A stretch of DNA of 64,000 nucleotides from an uncultured cyanobacterium. GTDB lineage: Bacteria > Cyanobacteriota > Cyanobacteriia > PCC-9006 > JAAUQQ01. Under the pieces are notes generated by a model. It searched no databases. It saw nothing but the letters and a program-made list of their open reading frames with translations, and was not told where the DNA came from. Each line of letters starts with the position of its first letter. Within the stretch, counting starts at the first letter, position 1. This document shows positions 27,853-37,620 of the stretch, piece after piece. Where the stretch lies: NCBI GenBank assembly GCA_963718615.1, contig OY970368.1, positions 3,680,001 to 3,744,000 of the forward strand, read 5' to 3'. The position numbers and the translations under genes were made by a program.

Positions 27853-29604
27853 CTAAGTCCTCGGGGCGGCCCACACCACCCGAAAACCGAAGTCGTTGAG
27901 GCGGAGGCCGGGGGGCGCGTTCCCGTTGCGCCGCGCGGAGCGGCAGTACCCCGGACCGCCGAACCAGGAGCCGCCGCGTAGCACATACAACTCTTGATCC
28001 CCAGTCATCCAAGCTGAACCATCCGTTGGCGCTCCATTATAGCTGCCATGCCATCGATCAGCGCACCATTCCCACACATTTCCATGCATGTCATACAACC
28101 CAAAGCCATTGGGTAGAAAACTGCCCACCTCAGTGGTCTGTTCTCGAAACTGGCCCCTGCTGCCTTTGCCGTAGGTGCAGGTGCCGTCGTAATTCACGTG
28201 GCCCGATGTGATCGTTTCGCCAAAGTAAAACGGCGTTGTCGTCCCCGCCCGACAGGCATATTCCCATTCCGCTTCGCTCGGCAACCGATACGCTCGCCCC
28301 GTCTGCTCACTCAGCTTTTTACAAAACTCCTGGGCATCGTTCCAGCTCACACTCTTCACCGGACGCTTCTCGCCTTTGAAGCGTGACGGATTCCCCCCCC
28401 TCACCGCTTCATACTGCGCCTGGGTCACTGCATACTTCCCTAGGCAAAACTCGGGCACCTGCACCCGATGGCGTGGCCGCTCATCGCTACTGGCGCTTTC
28501 CTCTCCATCCGCTGCTCCCATCCAAAACTCACCGCCAGGGATGTACACCATCTCCAGCACAACCCCATTACCCAAATCTTCGATAAACTGCTCCGCCGAC
28601 CGGGTCTCGCGCTCGGTGATCTGGCCCCGTTCATCCATCCGCACTGTCTTAAATCCAAACCGAACAAGGTTGAGGCCGTTGGCGGGGGCTGGGGGCTGGA
28701 CGAACGGCGGTTCGTCCCTGCGGGGTTGTTGGGGTGGCGGTGAATTACGGGGCGACGGCGATTGGGGCGGTTGGGGTTGGGGGATTGGGGCATTTAATAA
28801 TTGCAAAAATTCAGCCATCGTTTGAGGCCGCTGCTCCGGCTCCAGCGCCATTCCCCGCACAATCGCCTTATTCAGCCATCCGCTCAACTGCAGCACATGC
28901 TGTCGAGGATCAACCAGCTTTTGATTCATCATCTTGCGATTGAGACAGGGGGTCGGCGGCTGCCCCGTCACCAAAAAATACAGCGACGCCGCCACCGTAT
29001 AGATATCCAGCGTTGGCCCCACAACCCCCGTCATCTGCTCCCAAGGCGCAAACGCCACATTTAGCGACTGGGTAGAAGCATTGGGCATCACCTCCCGCGC
29101 CAAACCAAAATCAATCAGCATCGCCTGCCTTCGGTCCGTCAGCATCATATTCCCCGGATGGGCATCCCGATGGACCAACCCTTCCCCATGGACCACCCTC
29201 AACGCATCGCCAATTTGCCGAATATAGGCAACCGCTGCCTTTTCCGACAAGGGACCTTGGGTTAGCACCACATCAAATAAATTCTGCCCCTGCACATATT
29301 CCATTACCAGACAGGGTAGCTTTGTTCCAAAACAGGCTTCAAAACAAACATCCTGAACCGCCACAATATGGGGATGTCGCTTCTGACTCAGCCTTGCGAG
29401 CACCCGAGCCTCACCAATAAACTTCTCCACATATTTCTCATAGTCTGGCTCCTTGCGGAGCTTATCGTTGGGCGTCTTGATCACAAGCTGTTGCTCTAGC
29501 AACGTATGGTAAGCGCGATAGGTCACCCCAAACCCACCTTCACCCAAGGTTTCTCGGATGACATACTTGCCACCTTGAATTTTATGACCTCTCGCCCAAA
29601 CCAT
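27853..29604 (-). CDS. Ser/Thr kinase fused to an FGE-sulfatase (CLec-fold) domain; candidate DGR target
   Basis: LGEGGFG, HRD..PGN, LIDFGLARE, then LEMVYIPGGEFWMG, RLPSEAEWEYACRAG, GLYDMHGNVWEW and LRGGSW...FGFRVV. Confidence 0.93.
   Translation of the reverse strand: MVWARGHKIQGGKYVIRETLGEGGFGVTYRAYHTLLEQQLVIKTPNDKLRKEPDYEKYVEKFIGEARVLARLSQKRHPHIVAVQDVCFEACFGTKLPCLVMEYVQGQNLFDVVLTQGPLSEKAAVAYIRQIGDALRVVHGEGLVHRDAHPGNMMLTDRRQAMLIDFGLAREVMPNASTQSLNVAFAPWEQMTGVVGPTLDIYTVAASLYFLVTGQPPTPCLNRKMMNQKLVDPRQHVLQLSGWLNKAIVRGMALEPEQRPQTMAEFLQLLNAPIPQPQPPQSPSPRNSPPPQQPRRDEPPFVQPPAPANGLNLVRFGFKTVRMDERGQITERETRSAEQFIEDLGNGVVLEMVYIPGGEFWMGAADGEESASSDERPRHRVQVPEFCLGKYAVTQAQYEAVRGGNPSRFKGEKRPVKSVSWNDAQEFCKKLSEQTGRAYRLPSEAEWEYACRAGTTTPFYFGETITSGHVNYDGTCTYGKGSRGQFREQTTEVGSFLPNGFGLYDMHGNVWEWCADRWHGSYNGAPTDGSAWMTGDQELYVLRGGSWFGGPGYCRSARRNGNAPPGLRLNDFGFRVVWAAPRT
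28698..28721 (-). repeat. Single REP copy inside the kinase-FGE Pro-rich linker
   Basis: Minus strand GCAGGGACGAACCGCCGTTCGTCC, encoding RRDEPPFV. Confidence 0.75.
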
Positions 29605-29691
29605 TGCAGGACCCCCCAAACGCGCACGAAATACTGACACGCCCGCCATTCTGGCATAGACCCCTTTATTCTTCCCACAAGTCGCAAGTCG

Positions 29692-30318
29692 CTAGAGCCG
29701 GGGCGACAATTCAGTCAAGCCAATCCCAAACAAAAACGACATCACTAACTCCAGGTCAGACGGCACCGCATAGGTATTGATATCCTTATCCACCCGGCGT
29801 GCTCCGCGATCAAACACCCCAAACTTCCAGGTATCCCCCGTCGTCACAGCCCCGTACAACACAGCCGCCTCCGACTCCACCCACTGATCTAGGGCAATTA
29901 ACTCCACCGCAAGCTGCGTAAACCCTCGGGCCAAATCAGAATTTTTCGCCTCGATCACCAACAAATTGCTGGTTGTCGGTACGAAGTAATCAAAGTTTCC
30001 CCGTAGCCAAGGGCTAACCCGCACAGGATATTCAATTTTGAGCGGCACCTTCAGCGCTCGGCAAATCGTTTTCAGGATTGGGAAAATCAAACATTCCCGC
30101 CGAGCCATTTCAGAGGATGGACTCACCAACGCGAGATTTTCTAAGAGCTCCTGCCGCAAGGGTCCAAGGTCAATGGGCAACTGTTGAGGCAGAGCCAACG
30201 ACACATTCTGCAAGGTTACATCCAGTTCCGCCAGAATATCTGACGTGTCAAAGGGCATTTCTGCATACTTGCTGAATGTGTAGGTTGCTGCTGGATCTAG
30301 GATGGGCGATCGCACCAT
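29692..30318 (-). CDS. Cyanobacterial hypothetical protein, restriction-endonuclease-like fold
   Basis: SEMARRE.LIFP, G.FDY, LLVIEAK, GFTQLAVELIAL and YGAVTTG motifs. Confidence 0.7.
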   Translation of the reverse strand: MVRSPILDPAATYTFSKYAEMPFDTSDILAELDVTLQNVSLALPQQLPIDLGPLRQELLENLALVSPSSEMARRECLIFPILKTICRALKVPLKIEYPVRVSPWLRGNFDYFVPTTSNLLVIEAKNSDLARGFTQLAVELIALDQWVESEAAVLYGAVTTGDTWKFGVFDRGARRVDKDINTYAVPSDLELVMSFLFGIGLTELSPRL

Positions 30319-30469
30319 ATCAAGTTCCTCGTCTCCCAGACACCAAGTATTTTTCCAAGGTGTTTTTCCCTATTGTAGTCGGGGTGAATCCATTGCCATG
30401 GGCCAAGCCGTTGGCAATGGATTGAGCAATGGATTGAGCAAATCGCCGGTGTCTCAGCAACGGCTGCGG

Positions 30470-32023
30470 TTACCCCGCCCGCAACGCCAATGCCTCACGG
30501 GCCTGTTCGCGATCATCAAAGTGGATTTTCTCGGTCCCAAGGATCTGATAATCCTCATGGCCCTTACCCGCAATCAAGACCCCATCACCGGGTTTTGCAT
30601 CCAGAATGGCCCGCCGAATCGCCTCCGCCCGATCCGCCGTCACCACAGGATGGGCCTCTGCCGGAATCCCTGCCAGCACATCCGCCAGAATTTTTTGCGG
30701 ATCCTCCGTACGGGGATTGTCTGAAGTCACATAGACCACATCGGCCAGGCGGGCGGCGATGCCGCCCATGAGGGGACGTTTGGTGCGATCGCGATCGCCC
30801 CCACAGCCAAACACACAAATCATCCGCCCCGGAATAAACGGACGAGACGCCTTCAGCAAATTCTCCAAACTATCGGGTGTATGGGCATAGTCCACGATGA
30901 CGCTGATCTCCTGGTCCGGGCTGAGCTGTACCCGCTCCATCCGCCCCGGTACCCCTTGGAATTGGGGCAAGATCTCTAGCATTTTGCCCAGATCCAAGCC
31001 TAAATGCAGTCCGGCCCCCAGCGCCCCGAGGAAATTGGCAAGATTAAATTGACCGACCAACGGCAGCTGAAATTCTCCCGAGCCTTTGGGCGTATGGACT
31101 ATGCCGCTAACGCCTGCGGGACCATAGCGGAGGTCGCTGGTCCAGAGATCGGCTTGGTCTGGGACTTTTGGGTCTGAGACTGTCGCTGCATCTGGGGCAA
31201 CGCTATAGGACCAGGCTCTTTCACGGCTGGATGGATGACCGAGGCGATCGAGCAATTTCTGCCCATAGGGATCATCCCGATTGATCACCGCTCGACCCTT
31301 GAGATAAGCCTCGCTAAACAGCAACGCCTTGGCCTCAAAGTAATCCTCCATCGTCGGGTGATAATCCAGGTGATCCTGGGTCAGGTTCGTAAACACCGCC
31401 ACCTCAAAGGGACAACCCAACACCCGCCGCTGCTCTAGGGCGTGGGAACTGACCTCCATCACCCCGGCTTGACAGCCCGCCGCTACGGCTCCGGCCAATT
31501 GCTCCTGTAGGTCTGCGGCAAAGGGCGTTGTGTGGGCCGCTGTTTTTTGATACCCCGGCCAGCGGGCATAGAGCGTGCCAAACAGCGCCGCCGGAACCCC
31601 TAGCCCATTCAGCCAAAATTCCACCAAGTGAGTCGTTGTCGTTTTGCCATTGGTCCCCGTGATGCCCACCAAGTTAAGCTGAGCAGCGGGATTGCCATAG
31701 AACCCTGCGGCAATCTGGGCACAGGCCGCAACCATATCTGCGGCAATGATGAGGCAGGGATTCAGATTGGGGGCAGGATCTTCGAGACTCAGGGGCCGTT
31801 GGGCCAGGGCTTGAGGGGAAATCACAGCGGCGATCGCCCCACCCCCCAAGGCACTCGGCCAAAACTCCCCCCCATCCACACGGGTTCCCGGCATCCCTAA
31901 AAACACATCGCCCGCTGTCACCCCATGGGAATTGGTGCTCAGACCTTTGACTTCCTGATCTAGAGCAGGGTGGTCCGGCAGTGTCAGACCGGGAATGGCG
32001 GCGAGGAGCGATCGCAGGTTCAT
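30470..32023 (-). CDS. murE: UDP-MurNAc-Ala-Glu--meso-DAP ligase
   Basis: GITGTNGKTT, MEVSSHAL, NLTQDHLDYH, VDYAHTPD, DNPR and AGKGHE motifs. Confidence 0.96.
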   Translation of the reverse strand: MNLRSLLAAIPGLTLPDHPALDQEVKGLSTNSHGVTAGDVFLGMPGTRVDGGEFWPSALGGGAIAAVISPQALAQRPLSLEDPAPNLNPCLIIAADMVAACAQIAAGFYGNPAAQLNLVGITGTNGKTTTTHLVEFWLNGLGVPAALFGTLYARWPGYQKTAAHTTPFAADLQEQLAGAVAAGCQAGVMEVSSHALEQRRVLGCPFEVAVFTNLTQDHLDYHPTMEDYFEAKALLFSEAYLKGRAVINRDDPYGQKLLDRLGHPSSRERAWSYSVAPDAATVSDPKVPDQADLWTSDLRYGPAGVSGIVHTPKGSGEFQLPLVGQFNLANFLGALGAGLHLGLDLGKMLEILPQFQGVPGRMERVQLSPDQEISVIVDYAHTPDSLENLLKASRPFIPGRMICVFGCGGDRDRTKRPLMGGIAARLADVVYVTSDNPRTEDPQKILADVLAGIPAEAHPVVTADRAEAIRRAILDAKPGDGVLIAGKGHEDYQILGTEKIHFDDREQAREALALRAG

Positions 32024-32096
32024 AAATAAGACCTCATCGAATGCATTGGGGATAGATACGAGGGATACAGACAGCGAATCAACACGGGATCATCGC

Positions 32097-32366
32097 CTAT
32101 TCTGCCGGATCTTGGATCTGCTGCTGTAGCATTCGCTCCAACTGTGCCACAGAGGCGCGCGGGGAAAGACGAGGCAGACGTTGGCTCCCGGTCGGAGTCA
32201 CATAATAGAGAACCGGTATTTCATACTGATAGGCCGCAAACCACTCCGGCTGGGTGGTAATATCCCGGACCTCCAGGTGAATCGGTAAACCGCTGACCTG
32301 GTCTAGCTTTAGCTTTAATCCTTCGCAAAGATGACAGCCCGGTTTGCTATAGAGAATAAGTTCCAT
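32097..32366 (-). CDS. Glutaredoxin-like (DUF836) protein
   Basis: LILYSKPGCHLCEG and YQYEIPVL motifs. Confidence 0.85.
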   Translation of the reverse strand: MELILYSKPGCHLCEGLKLKLDQVSGLPIHLEVRDITTQPEWFAAYQYEIPVLYYVTPTGSQRLPRLSPRASVAQLERMLQQQIQDPAE

Positions 32367-32579
32367 ACCCAAAAGCCCTTGAATTCGCCTGAAGAAATCG
32401 ATGTAGTCACTGAGGTGACTTATTAAATGGGCACACTAAGTTAGACCCATCGAGGAACGTCAACCCCACCGGGCAATCCCCAGGTGTTTTTGCCTTTTGC
32501 AAGGTTCAACGAAGGTTCAACTGTTCTTTCTAAGCACTGCTTCGGCAGTGTACCTTAAGCTGCTGAAGAGAAATCAACC

Positions 32580-33203
32580 ATGGCTGCTCAAAAAGTTTTG
32601 ATCGTAGACGATAGCAAACTGATGCGCTTGCAAGTGCGTGAGATGTTGCCGAGCAATATGACGGTCGTTGAAGCGGCTGATGGCGCAGAGGGGTTGGAGC
32701 GAATTTTTCAGGAAAATCCCCATCTGATCATCCTGGACTGCTTCATGCCCAAGATGAATGGCTGGCAAGTGGTCAACAAAATGCTCTCCTACCCGGAATT
32801 GCAAAAAATCCCAGTGGTCTTGATGTCAGGTCGGGAGGACGATGTTCAGGAGAATGCGCCGGGACTCTTTAGCTACTTTGAGTTTTTGGGCAAGCCCTTT
32901 GATAAAAATCTGTTGATCAAAGCCATTAAAGGCGCGATGGCTAAGGCCAAGCAGCGGCAGAATCATGAAGAGGCGATCGCCCCTCCCCCCGAGCTCCCCT
33001 CAACCGCCACCCTAGAGACCAGCGCCACCACCACCATGGCCGCCACCGTCGCCCTAGATGCCACCACCATCCTGCAAAAACTCCAAAACGAGGTCCAAGA
33101 TCTACGGCAACAAAATGCCGATCTGCGCGCCGAGATGAAGCAGGTCAAGCTCCAGATGGCTCAACTCACCCAGTTCCTCAAGCAGTCCCTCAGTCGGGCC
33201 TAG
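32580..33203 (+). CDS. Response regulator (receiver domain plus C-terminal coiled coil)
   Basis: VLIVDDS, IILDCFMPKMNG and KPF motifs; heptad-rich C-terminus. Confidence 0.88.
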   Translation: MAAQKVLIVDDSKLMRLQVREMLPSNMTVVEAADGAEGLERIFQENPHLIILDCFMPKMNGWQVVNKMLSYPELQKIPVVLMSGREDDVQENAPGLFSYFEFLGKPFDKNLLIKAIKGAMAKAKQRQNHEEAIAPPPELPSTATLETSATTTMAATVALDATTILQKLQNEVQDLRQQNADLRAEMKQVKLQMAQLTQFLKQSLSRA

Positions 33204-33277
33204 AAAAATCTGGCTCATCCGGTCCTTCCATTGGTATAATGTGGAGTTTGTGAAGGATACACAATAGAGGATAGCCC

Positions 33278-33886
33278 ATGTCTCGATACAGAGGTCCCCG
33301 CCTCAAGATCACCCGTCGTCTCGGGGATCTGCCCGGTTTGACTCGTAAGTCTGCTCGGCGTCAATATCCGCCGGGGCAGCATGGTCAGGCCCGTCGTAAG
33401 CGCTCCGAGTACGCCGTGCGGCTCGAAGAAAAGCAAAAGCTGCGCTACAACTACGGCGTCAGCGAGCGTCAGCTCGTCCGTTACATGAAAAAGGCGCGTC
33501 GCGTCCAAGGTTCTACTGGGCAAGTGTTGCTGCAATTGCTGGAAATGCGGTTGGACAACACGGTATTCCGCCTGGGTATGGCTCCGACGATTCCGGCTGC
33601 TCGTCAGCTTGTGAACCATGGTCACGTGACGATCAATGGTCGCGTTTTGGATATTCCCAGCTATCAGTGTCGCCCCGGCGATGTGGTGGCAGTGCGCGAT
33701 CGCGATGCCTCCCGCAAGTTGGTTGAAAACAACTTGCAATATCCCGGTCTCTCCAACGTTCCGAGCCATCTGGAGTTTGATAAGAACAAGATGGAAGGCA
33801 AGGTCAATGGCGTGATTGAGCGGGAATGGGTCGCTATTAGTATCAAGGAACTACTCGTGGTCGAGTATTACTCCAGAAAGGTCTAA
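33278..33886 (+). CDS. rpsD: 30S ribosomal protein S4
   Basis: [33 protein letters not shown] and VVEYYSRK motifs. Confidence 0.98.
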   Translation: MSRYRGPRLKITRRLGDLPGLTRKSARRQYPPGQHGQARRKRSEYAVRLEEKQKLRYNYGVSERQLVRYMKKARRVQGSTGQVLLQLLEMRLDNTVFRLGMAPTIPAARQLVNHGHVTINGRVLDIPSYQCRPGDVVAVRDRDASRKLVENNLQYPGLSNVPSHLEFDKNKMEGKVNGVIEREWVAISIKELLVVEYYSRKV

Positions 33887-33938
33887 ACGCTAAGTATCCT
33901 TCGCCGATATCTAGATATCGGTACCGTCATACTTTTGT

Positions 33939-33970
33939 AGCCTCTGTTTTTCCTCAAACAGAGGCTTTAT
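33939..33970. terminator. Terminator hairpin between convergent rpsD and SDR genes
   Basis: AGCCTCTGTTT...AAACAGAGGCT, an 11-bp stem. Confidence 0.7.
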
Positions 33971-34015
33971 TGTCCTTAGATGATTGCCGCTAGATTTTTC
34001 TCGCCTCTAGGGCAT

Positions 34016-34882
34016 TTAGGCGTTCACGACGACTCCACCGTTGGGATGGAGAACTTGACCTGTCATATAAGACGAATCCTCAGAAGCCAAGAACACAAAA
34101 CTGGTCGCCACTTCCTTCGGTTGTCCCGGACGCTGCATGGGCACTTGCTTGCCAAAGCCTTCGACCATGTCTGCGGTGAAGGCGTCGGGAATAAAGGGAG
34201 TCCAGATGGGGCCAGGGGCAACGCCATTGACGCGGATATCTTTCTCGATGAGGGATTGGGAAAGCGATCGCGTAAACGCCAAAATTGCCCCCTTCGTCGT
34301 GGAATAACTTAGCAATTGCGCATTGCCTTTATAGGCATTAATCGAAGTTGTATTGATGATCTTGCTCCCCTTCGGCATATGGGGAATGGCCGCCTTGGTG
34401 AGATAGAACATTGCGAAGACATTGGTACTGAAAATGCTGTTTAGCCGTTCGGTATCAATGTCAGTTAAGGTCTGCGCATCTTCTAGATATTGCTCTGCAG
34501 CGTTGTTGACCAGAATATCAATTCTGCCGTATCGCTCAACAGTTTTTTGAACCAGTTGTTGACAGAACTCTTCGCTGCTGATGTCGCCGGGTAAGAGTAA
34601 ACACTGGCGACCATAGGATTCAACCGCCTGTTGGGTCTCGGCAGCGTCTTGGTGTTCATCCAAATAGGAAACAGTCACGTTGGCACCTTCCTTGGCGAAG
34701 TAGACGGCCACGGCTCGTCCAATGCCGCTGTCTCCTCCAGTAATCAAGGCAATTTTATTTTTAAGTTTGTTGCTACCTGAGTAGTCTGGATCATCGTATT
34801 GCGGTTTGGGTGTCATTTCTGACTCTAGAGCCGGTTGGCGACTTTGGCTTTGAGCGGGAATTTGATCGGCTGAAATAGTCAT
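34016..34882 (-). CDS. SDR oxidoreductase (general-stress YdaD/YhdF-like)
   Basis: TGGDSGIG, NNAA, YSTTK and GPIWTP motifs. Confidence 0.92.
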   Translation of the reverse strand: MTISADQIPAQSQSRQPALESEMTPKPQYDDPDYSGSNKLKNKIALITGGDSGIGRAVAVYFAKEGANVTVSYLDEHQDAAETQQAVESYGRQCLLLPGDISSEEFCQQLVQKTVERYGRIDILVNNAAEQYLEDAQTLTDIDTERLNSIFSTNVFAMFYLTKAAIPHMPKGSKIINTTSINAYKGNAQLLSYSTTKGAILAFTRSLSQSLIEKDIRVNGVAPGPIWTPFIPDAFTADMVEGFGKQVPMQRPGQPKEVATSFVFLASEDSSYMTGQVLHPNGGVVVNA

Positions 34883-34967
34883 GGGATGGAATACTCTGCT
34901 ACTGCGTCTTAAAACAAAGCACCCCTAGGAGAGTAGGGATGCTCAAAGAGCGGACTCGGTGAATGTC

Positions 34968-35165
34968 CTAACGCGATTCGGTGCCTTGGTTGGGTGAACC
35001 TTCGATTTTGCTCCGTGCACCGGGTGCTTCTGGGGCGGCTCCCTCACGGGTGTCCATGTTGGTCTCCTGACCCGTCTTCCGACTGGCTTCGTTCAAGGGA
35101 GTTTGCTTGCCACCGGGAGCGGTCGGAGTTTCTTTTTCTTCTTCTTGGGGTTTGGACTCAGCCAT
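34968..35165 (-). CDS. Small hydrophilic hypothetical protein (probably stress-related)
   Basis: MAESKPQEEEKETPTAPGG...EGSPNQGTESR with AGGAGG upstream; precedes the SDR gene. Confidence 0.6.
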   Translation of the reverse strand: MAESKPQEEEKETPTAPGGKQTPLNEASRKTGQETNMDTREGAAPEAPGARSKIEGSPNQGTESR

Positions 35166-35321
35166 GGCTGACCTCCTGGAAATAGGGTTAAAGTTGCTCA
35201 AGAATTCTGAGCGTTAGCCCCAGTCTAAAAATCTGTTTTGAGCTGCCCCTCCATCAAGAGGAAGAGTTCAAGGGTGAGATAATGCATCTATCTACTCACG
35301 AACCACAGGCAACGATTGGGC

Positions 35322-36311
35322 ATGAGCACCACACCCAGAGTTTTTATCGACGGCGAAGCAGGCACTACCGGATTGCAAATTTACCAACGCCTTGCAACCC
35401 GTAACGATCTTACCTTGGTGCAGATTGCTCCCGAGCTGCGAAAATCCACAGAAGAACGGGCAAAATTGCTCAACAGCGTCGATCTCGCTATCCTCTGTCT
35501 CCCCGATGATGCTGCCAAGGAATCCGTCAGCCTCGTTACCCATCCTGACGTTAAAATTTTGGATGCCAGTACCGCTTACCGCACCGCAGAGGGCTGGGTC
35601 TATGGGTTTGCGGAATTGGAACCGGGGGGGCGCGATCGCATCGCCCAATCCTCCCGCGTCAGCAACCCCGGCTGCTACCCCACCGGTTTTCTCGCCTGTA
35701 TCCGTCCCCTCGTAAGCGCAGGCTTAATCCCTCGCGCCATGCCCATCACCGTCAACGCCGTTTCTGGTTATTCTGGCGGCGGCAACAAACTGATCGATAC
35801 CTACGAAGCGACCCACAGCGGTGAGTTCGCGGGGCAACCCTCCATTTATCCCTACGCTCCCTACGGCCTTGGGTTTGGCCATAAGCATGTGAAGGAAATG
35901 TATCGCTATTCCAAACTGGAGCACCCGCCGCTGTTTGTGCCGTCTGTTGGAGACTTTGTCCAGGGGATGCTGGTGCAAATTCCGCTGCCCCTTTGGTCCC
36001 TGCCAACACCACCTTCAGGTGCTGACCTACACCAATGTTTGCAGGATTACTATGCTGGCCAACGGTTTATTCAGGTTGCACCTTTGAATGACCAGGAGGC
36101 CTTGCGGGGCGGGAATTTCTTGGATATTCAATCTGCCAACGGCACGAACCAAGTCCAGGTCTTTGTCTTTGCCAACGACGCGACCCAGGAAGCGTTGCTC
36201 GTGGCGCGGCTGGATAACCTGGGCAAAGGTGCCTCCGGGGCGGCGGTCCAGAACATGAACCTGATGCTGGGACTAGGGGAGATGGCGGGGCTCGAAGAAG
36301 CGATTTTGTAG
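35322..36311 (+). CDS. argC: N-acetyl-gamma-glutamyl-phosphate reductase (short type)
   Basis: VFIDGEAGTTGL, SNPGCYPTG, SGYSGGG and DNLGKGASGAAVQ motifs. Confidence 0.95.
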   Translation: MSTTPRVFIDGEAGTTGLQIYQRLATRNDLTLVQIAPELRKSTEERAKLLNSVDLAILCLPDDAAKESVSLVTHPDVKILDASTAYRTAEGWVYGFAELEPGGRDRIAQSSRVSNPGCYPTGFLACIRPLVSAGLIPRAMPITVNAVSGYSGGGNKLIDTYEATHSGEFAGQPSIYPYAPYGLGFGHKHVKEMYRYSKLEHPPLFVPSVGDFVQGMLVQIPLPLWSLPTPPSGADLHQCLQDYYAGQRFIQVAPLNDQEALRGGNFLDIQSANGTNQVQVFVFANDATQEALLVARLDNLGKGASGAAVQNMNLMLGLGEMAGLEEAIL

Positions 36312-37493
36312 TTTCGGCAAGGACAAGGCCACCATCATGTACATCACCCAATAAATATTACTCAGCCGCAGCAAATAGCTTTCGGTGACGTTGTTGAGCG
36401 TCACAAAGGCCAACAGCCCAATAGGCCAGAGGTCACCACTGTGGCGTCCGAGGGAGGCTCGGGCGATCGCCCGCCCCAAGGCCGTAAACAAACTGATCAA
36501 GAAAAATAACACCCCCGGCAAGCCCACATCCAAAGCCAAGTCAATCAAACCATTGTGAACATGGGGGGGCGTATAGCCAGGGGCCACGGCTAGCCCCGCC
36601 TCCAGCGCATAGGGACTGCCCGGTGCCCAGAAGGCCGCGCGGCCAAATCCCAGGATTGGACTGTCCTGAATCCGCGTTAGGGCCACTCCCCACATGGGCG
36701 TTCGGCCCGTTAGCGTTGGGTCTTTGCCCAAACTGGTGAGCAAGGGCACCCACTGGCTGATGGCAAAGACTAAAAGGCAGCCGACCACTAGCAAGGTCAA
36801 ATCTAAGGCAATGACCGCCACCCGCCCTTTGAGTTTAAACTCACGGCAAAAATAGATCAGCGACATCACCAAAATTGAAACCACCAGGGCGGTTTTAGAC
36901 GTAGAAAGGAGCAACAGCAACACACTCAGCCCCACTCCCCCCCAAGCCCAAGGCACTTTTCTCACTCGGTCTGTGGCCAAGAGAAAGCTACTCATAATTC
37001 CCACCACCATGTAGCTCCCGAGGGTGTTTTTGTAATCAAATAAACCGCGCCAAGCGCCAATATGTTCCGTGGAATCAATCGCCACCTGAGGTAACACAAT
37101 GCCCGCTACAAAGGACAAAATACTGCCAATACCAAAGGCCGTTGCCACCAGTTTGAGCTGTTCGCGCAATGAAAATCGAGTTGCCATGTAGAGGCCAAAG
37201 GAGGCCATTTGTAGGACCTCTCGCGTGCCGTCCTTAGAGATCTCAGGATAGTGAGACCAGACAAAGGAAATGGCTTCTAACCCGACCACGCCCCAGAGCC
37301 ACGGATCCCGAGTCGCCGTGTAGAGTGCATGTTTATACCTCATGCCAATTAATACAACGGACAGGCCCCAGACTCCATAGCGCCAGAGGGTGAGCACAGG
37401 AGACGGCAAAATCGGCGGGACACCAATCGGCGAGATGAAAAAAAGCAGCCCAACAATCGCAAAGGCTCGCTCAAACCAAAGAAATGCAGTCAT
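36273..37493 (-). CDS. O-antigen ligase/Wzy-like polymerase (ExoQ-like)
   Basis: Multiple TM helices; WRGLFDYKN.LG, S.SKT, TLTGRT..W and HVHNG motifs. Confidence 0.88.
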   Translation of the reverse strand: MTAFLWFERAFAIVGLLFFISPIGVPPILPSPVLTLWRYGVWGLSVVLIGMRYKHALYTATRDPWLWGVVGLEAISFVWSHYPEISKDGTREVLQMASFGLYMATRFSLREQLKLVATAFGIGSILSFVAGIVLPQVAIDSTEHIGAWRGLFDYKNTLGSYMVVGIMSSFLLATDRVRKVPWAWGGVGLSVLLLLLSTSKTALVVSILVMSLIYFCREFKLKGRVAVIALDLTLLVVGCLLVFAISQWVPLLTSLGKDPTLTGRTPMWGVALTRIQDSPILGFGRAAFWAPGSPYALEAGLAVAPGYTPPHVHNGLIDLALDVGLPGVLFFLISLFTALGRAIARASLGRHSGDLWPIGLLAFVTLNNVTESYLLRLSNIYWVMYMMVALSLPKLQNRFFEPRHLP

Positions 37494-37620
37494 AGGGGGT
37501 GATGGAAAGGGCGATCGCCAAACTTCAAAATCATCGGGACCGGGCACAAAATTTGAGAAAGAAAGACTATTGACCCAAGAAGCATGGCCTACGGTTTTAA
37601 GAACCTGCGGTTTTGAGAAG

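Noticed and set aside
33215-33769. Long antisense ORF over rpsD, and similar shadow ORFs over thrS, cysS, GH9 and the RND gene
   Set aside because: These are shadow frames of strongly supported genes, with no motifs or independent expression signals.
37390-37620. Tracked N-terminal extension of the GH9 ORF and the reciprocal extension of the ligase ORF
   Set aside because: They overlap the divergent gene; the signal-like segment of GH9 begins at 37621 and the ligase at 37493.
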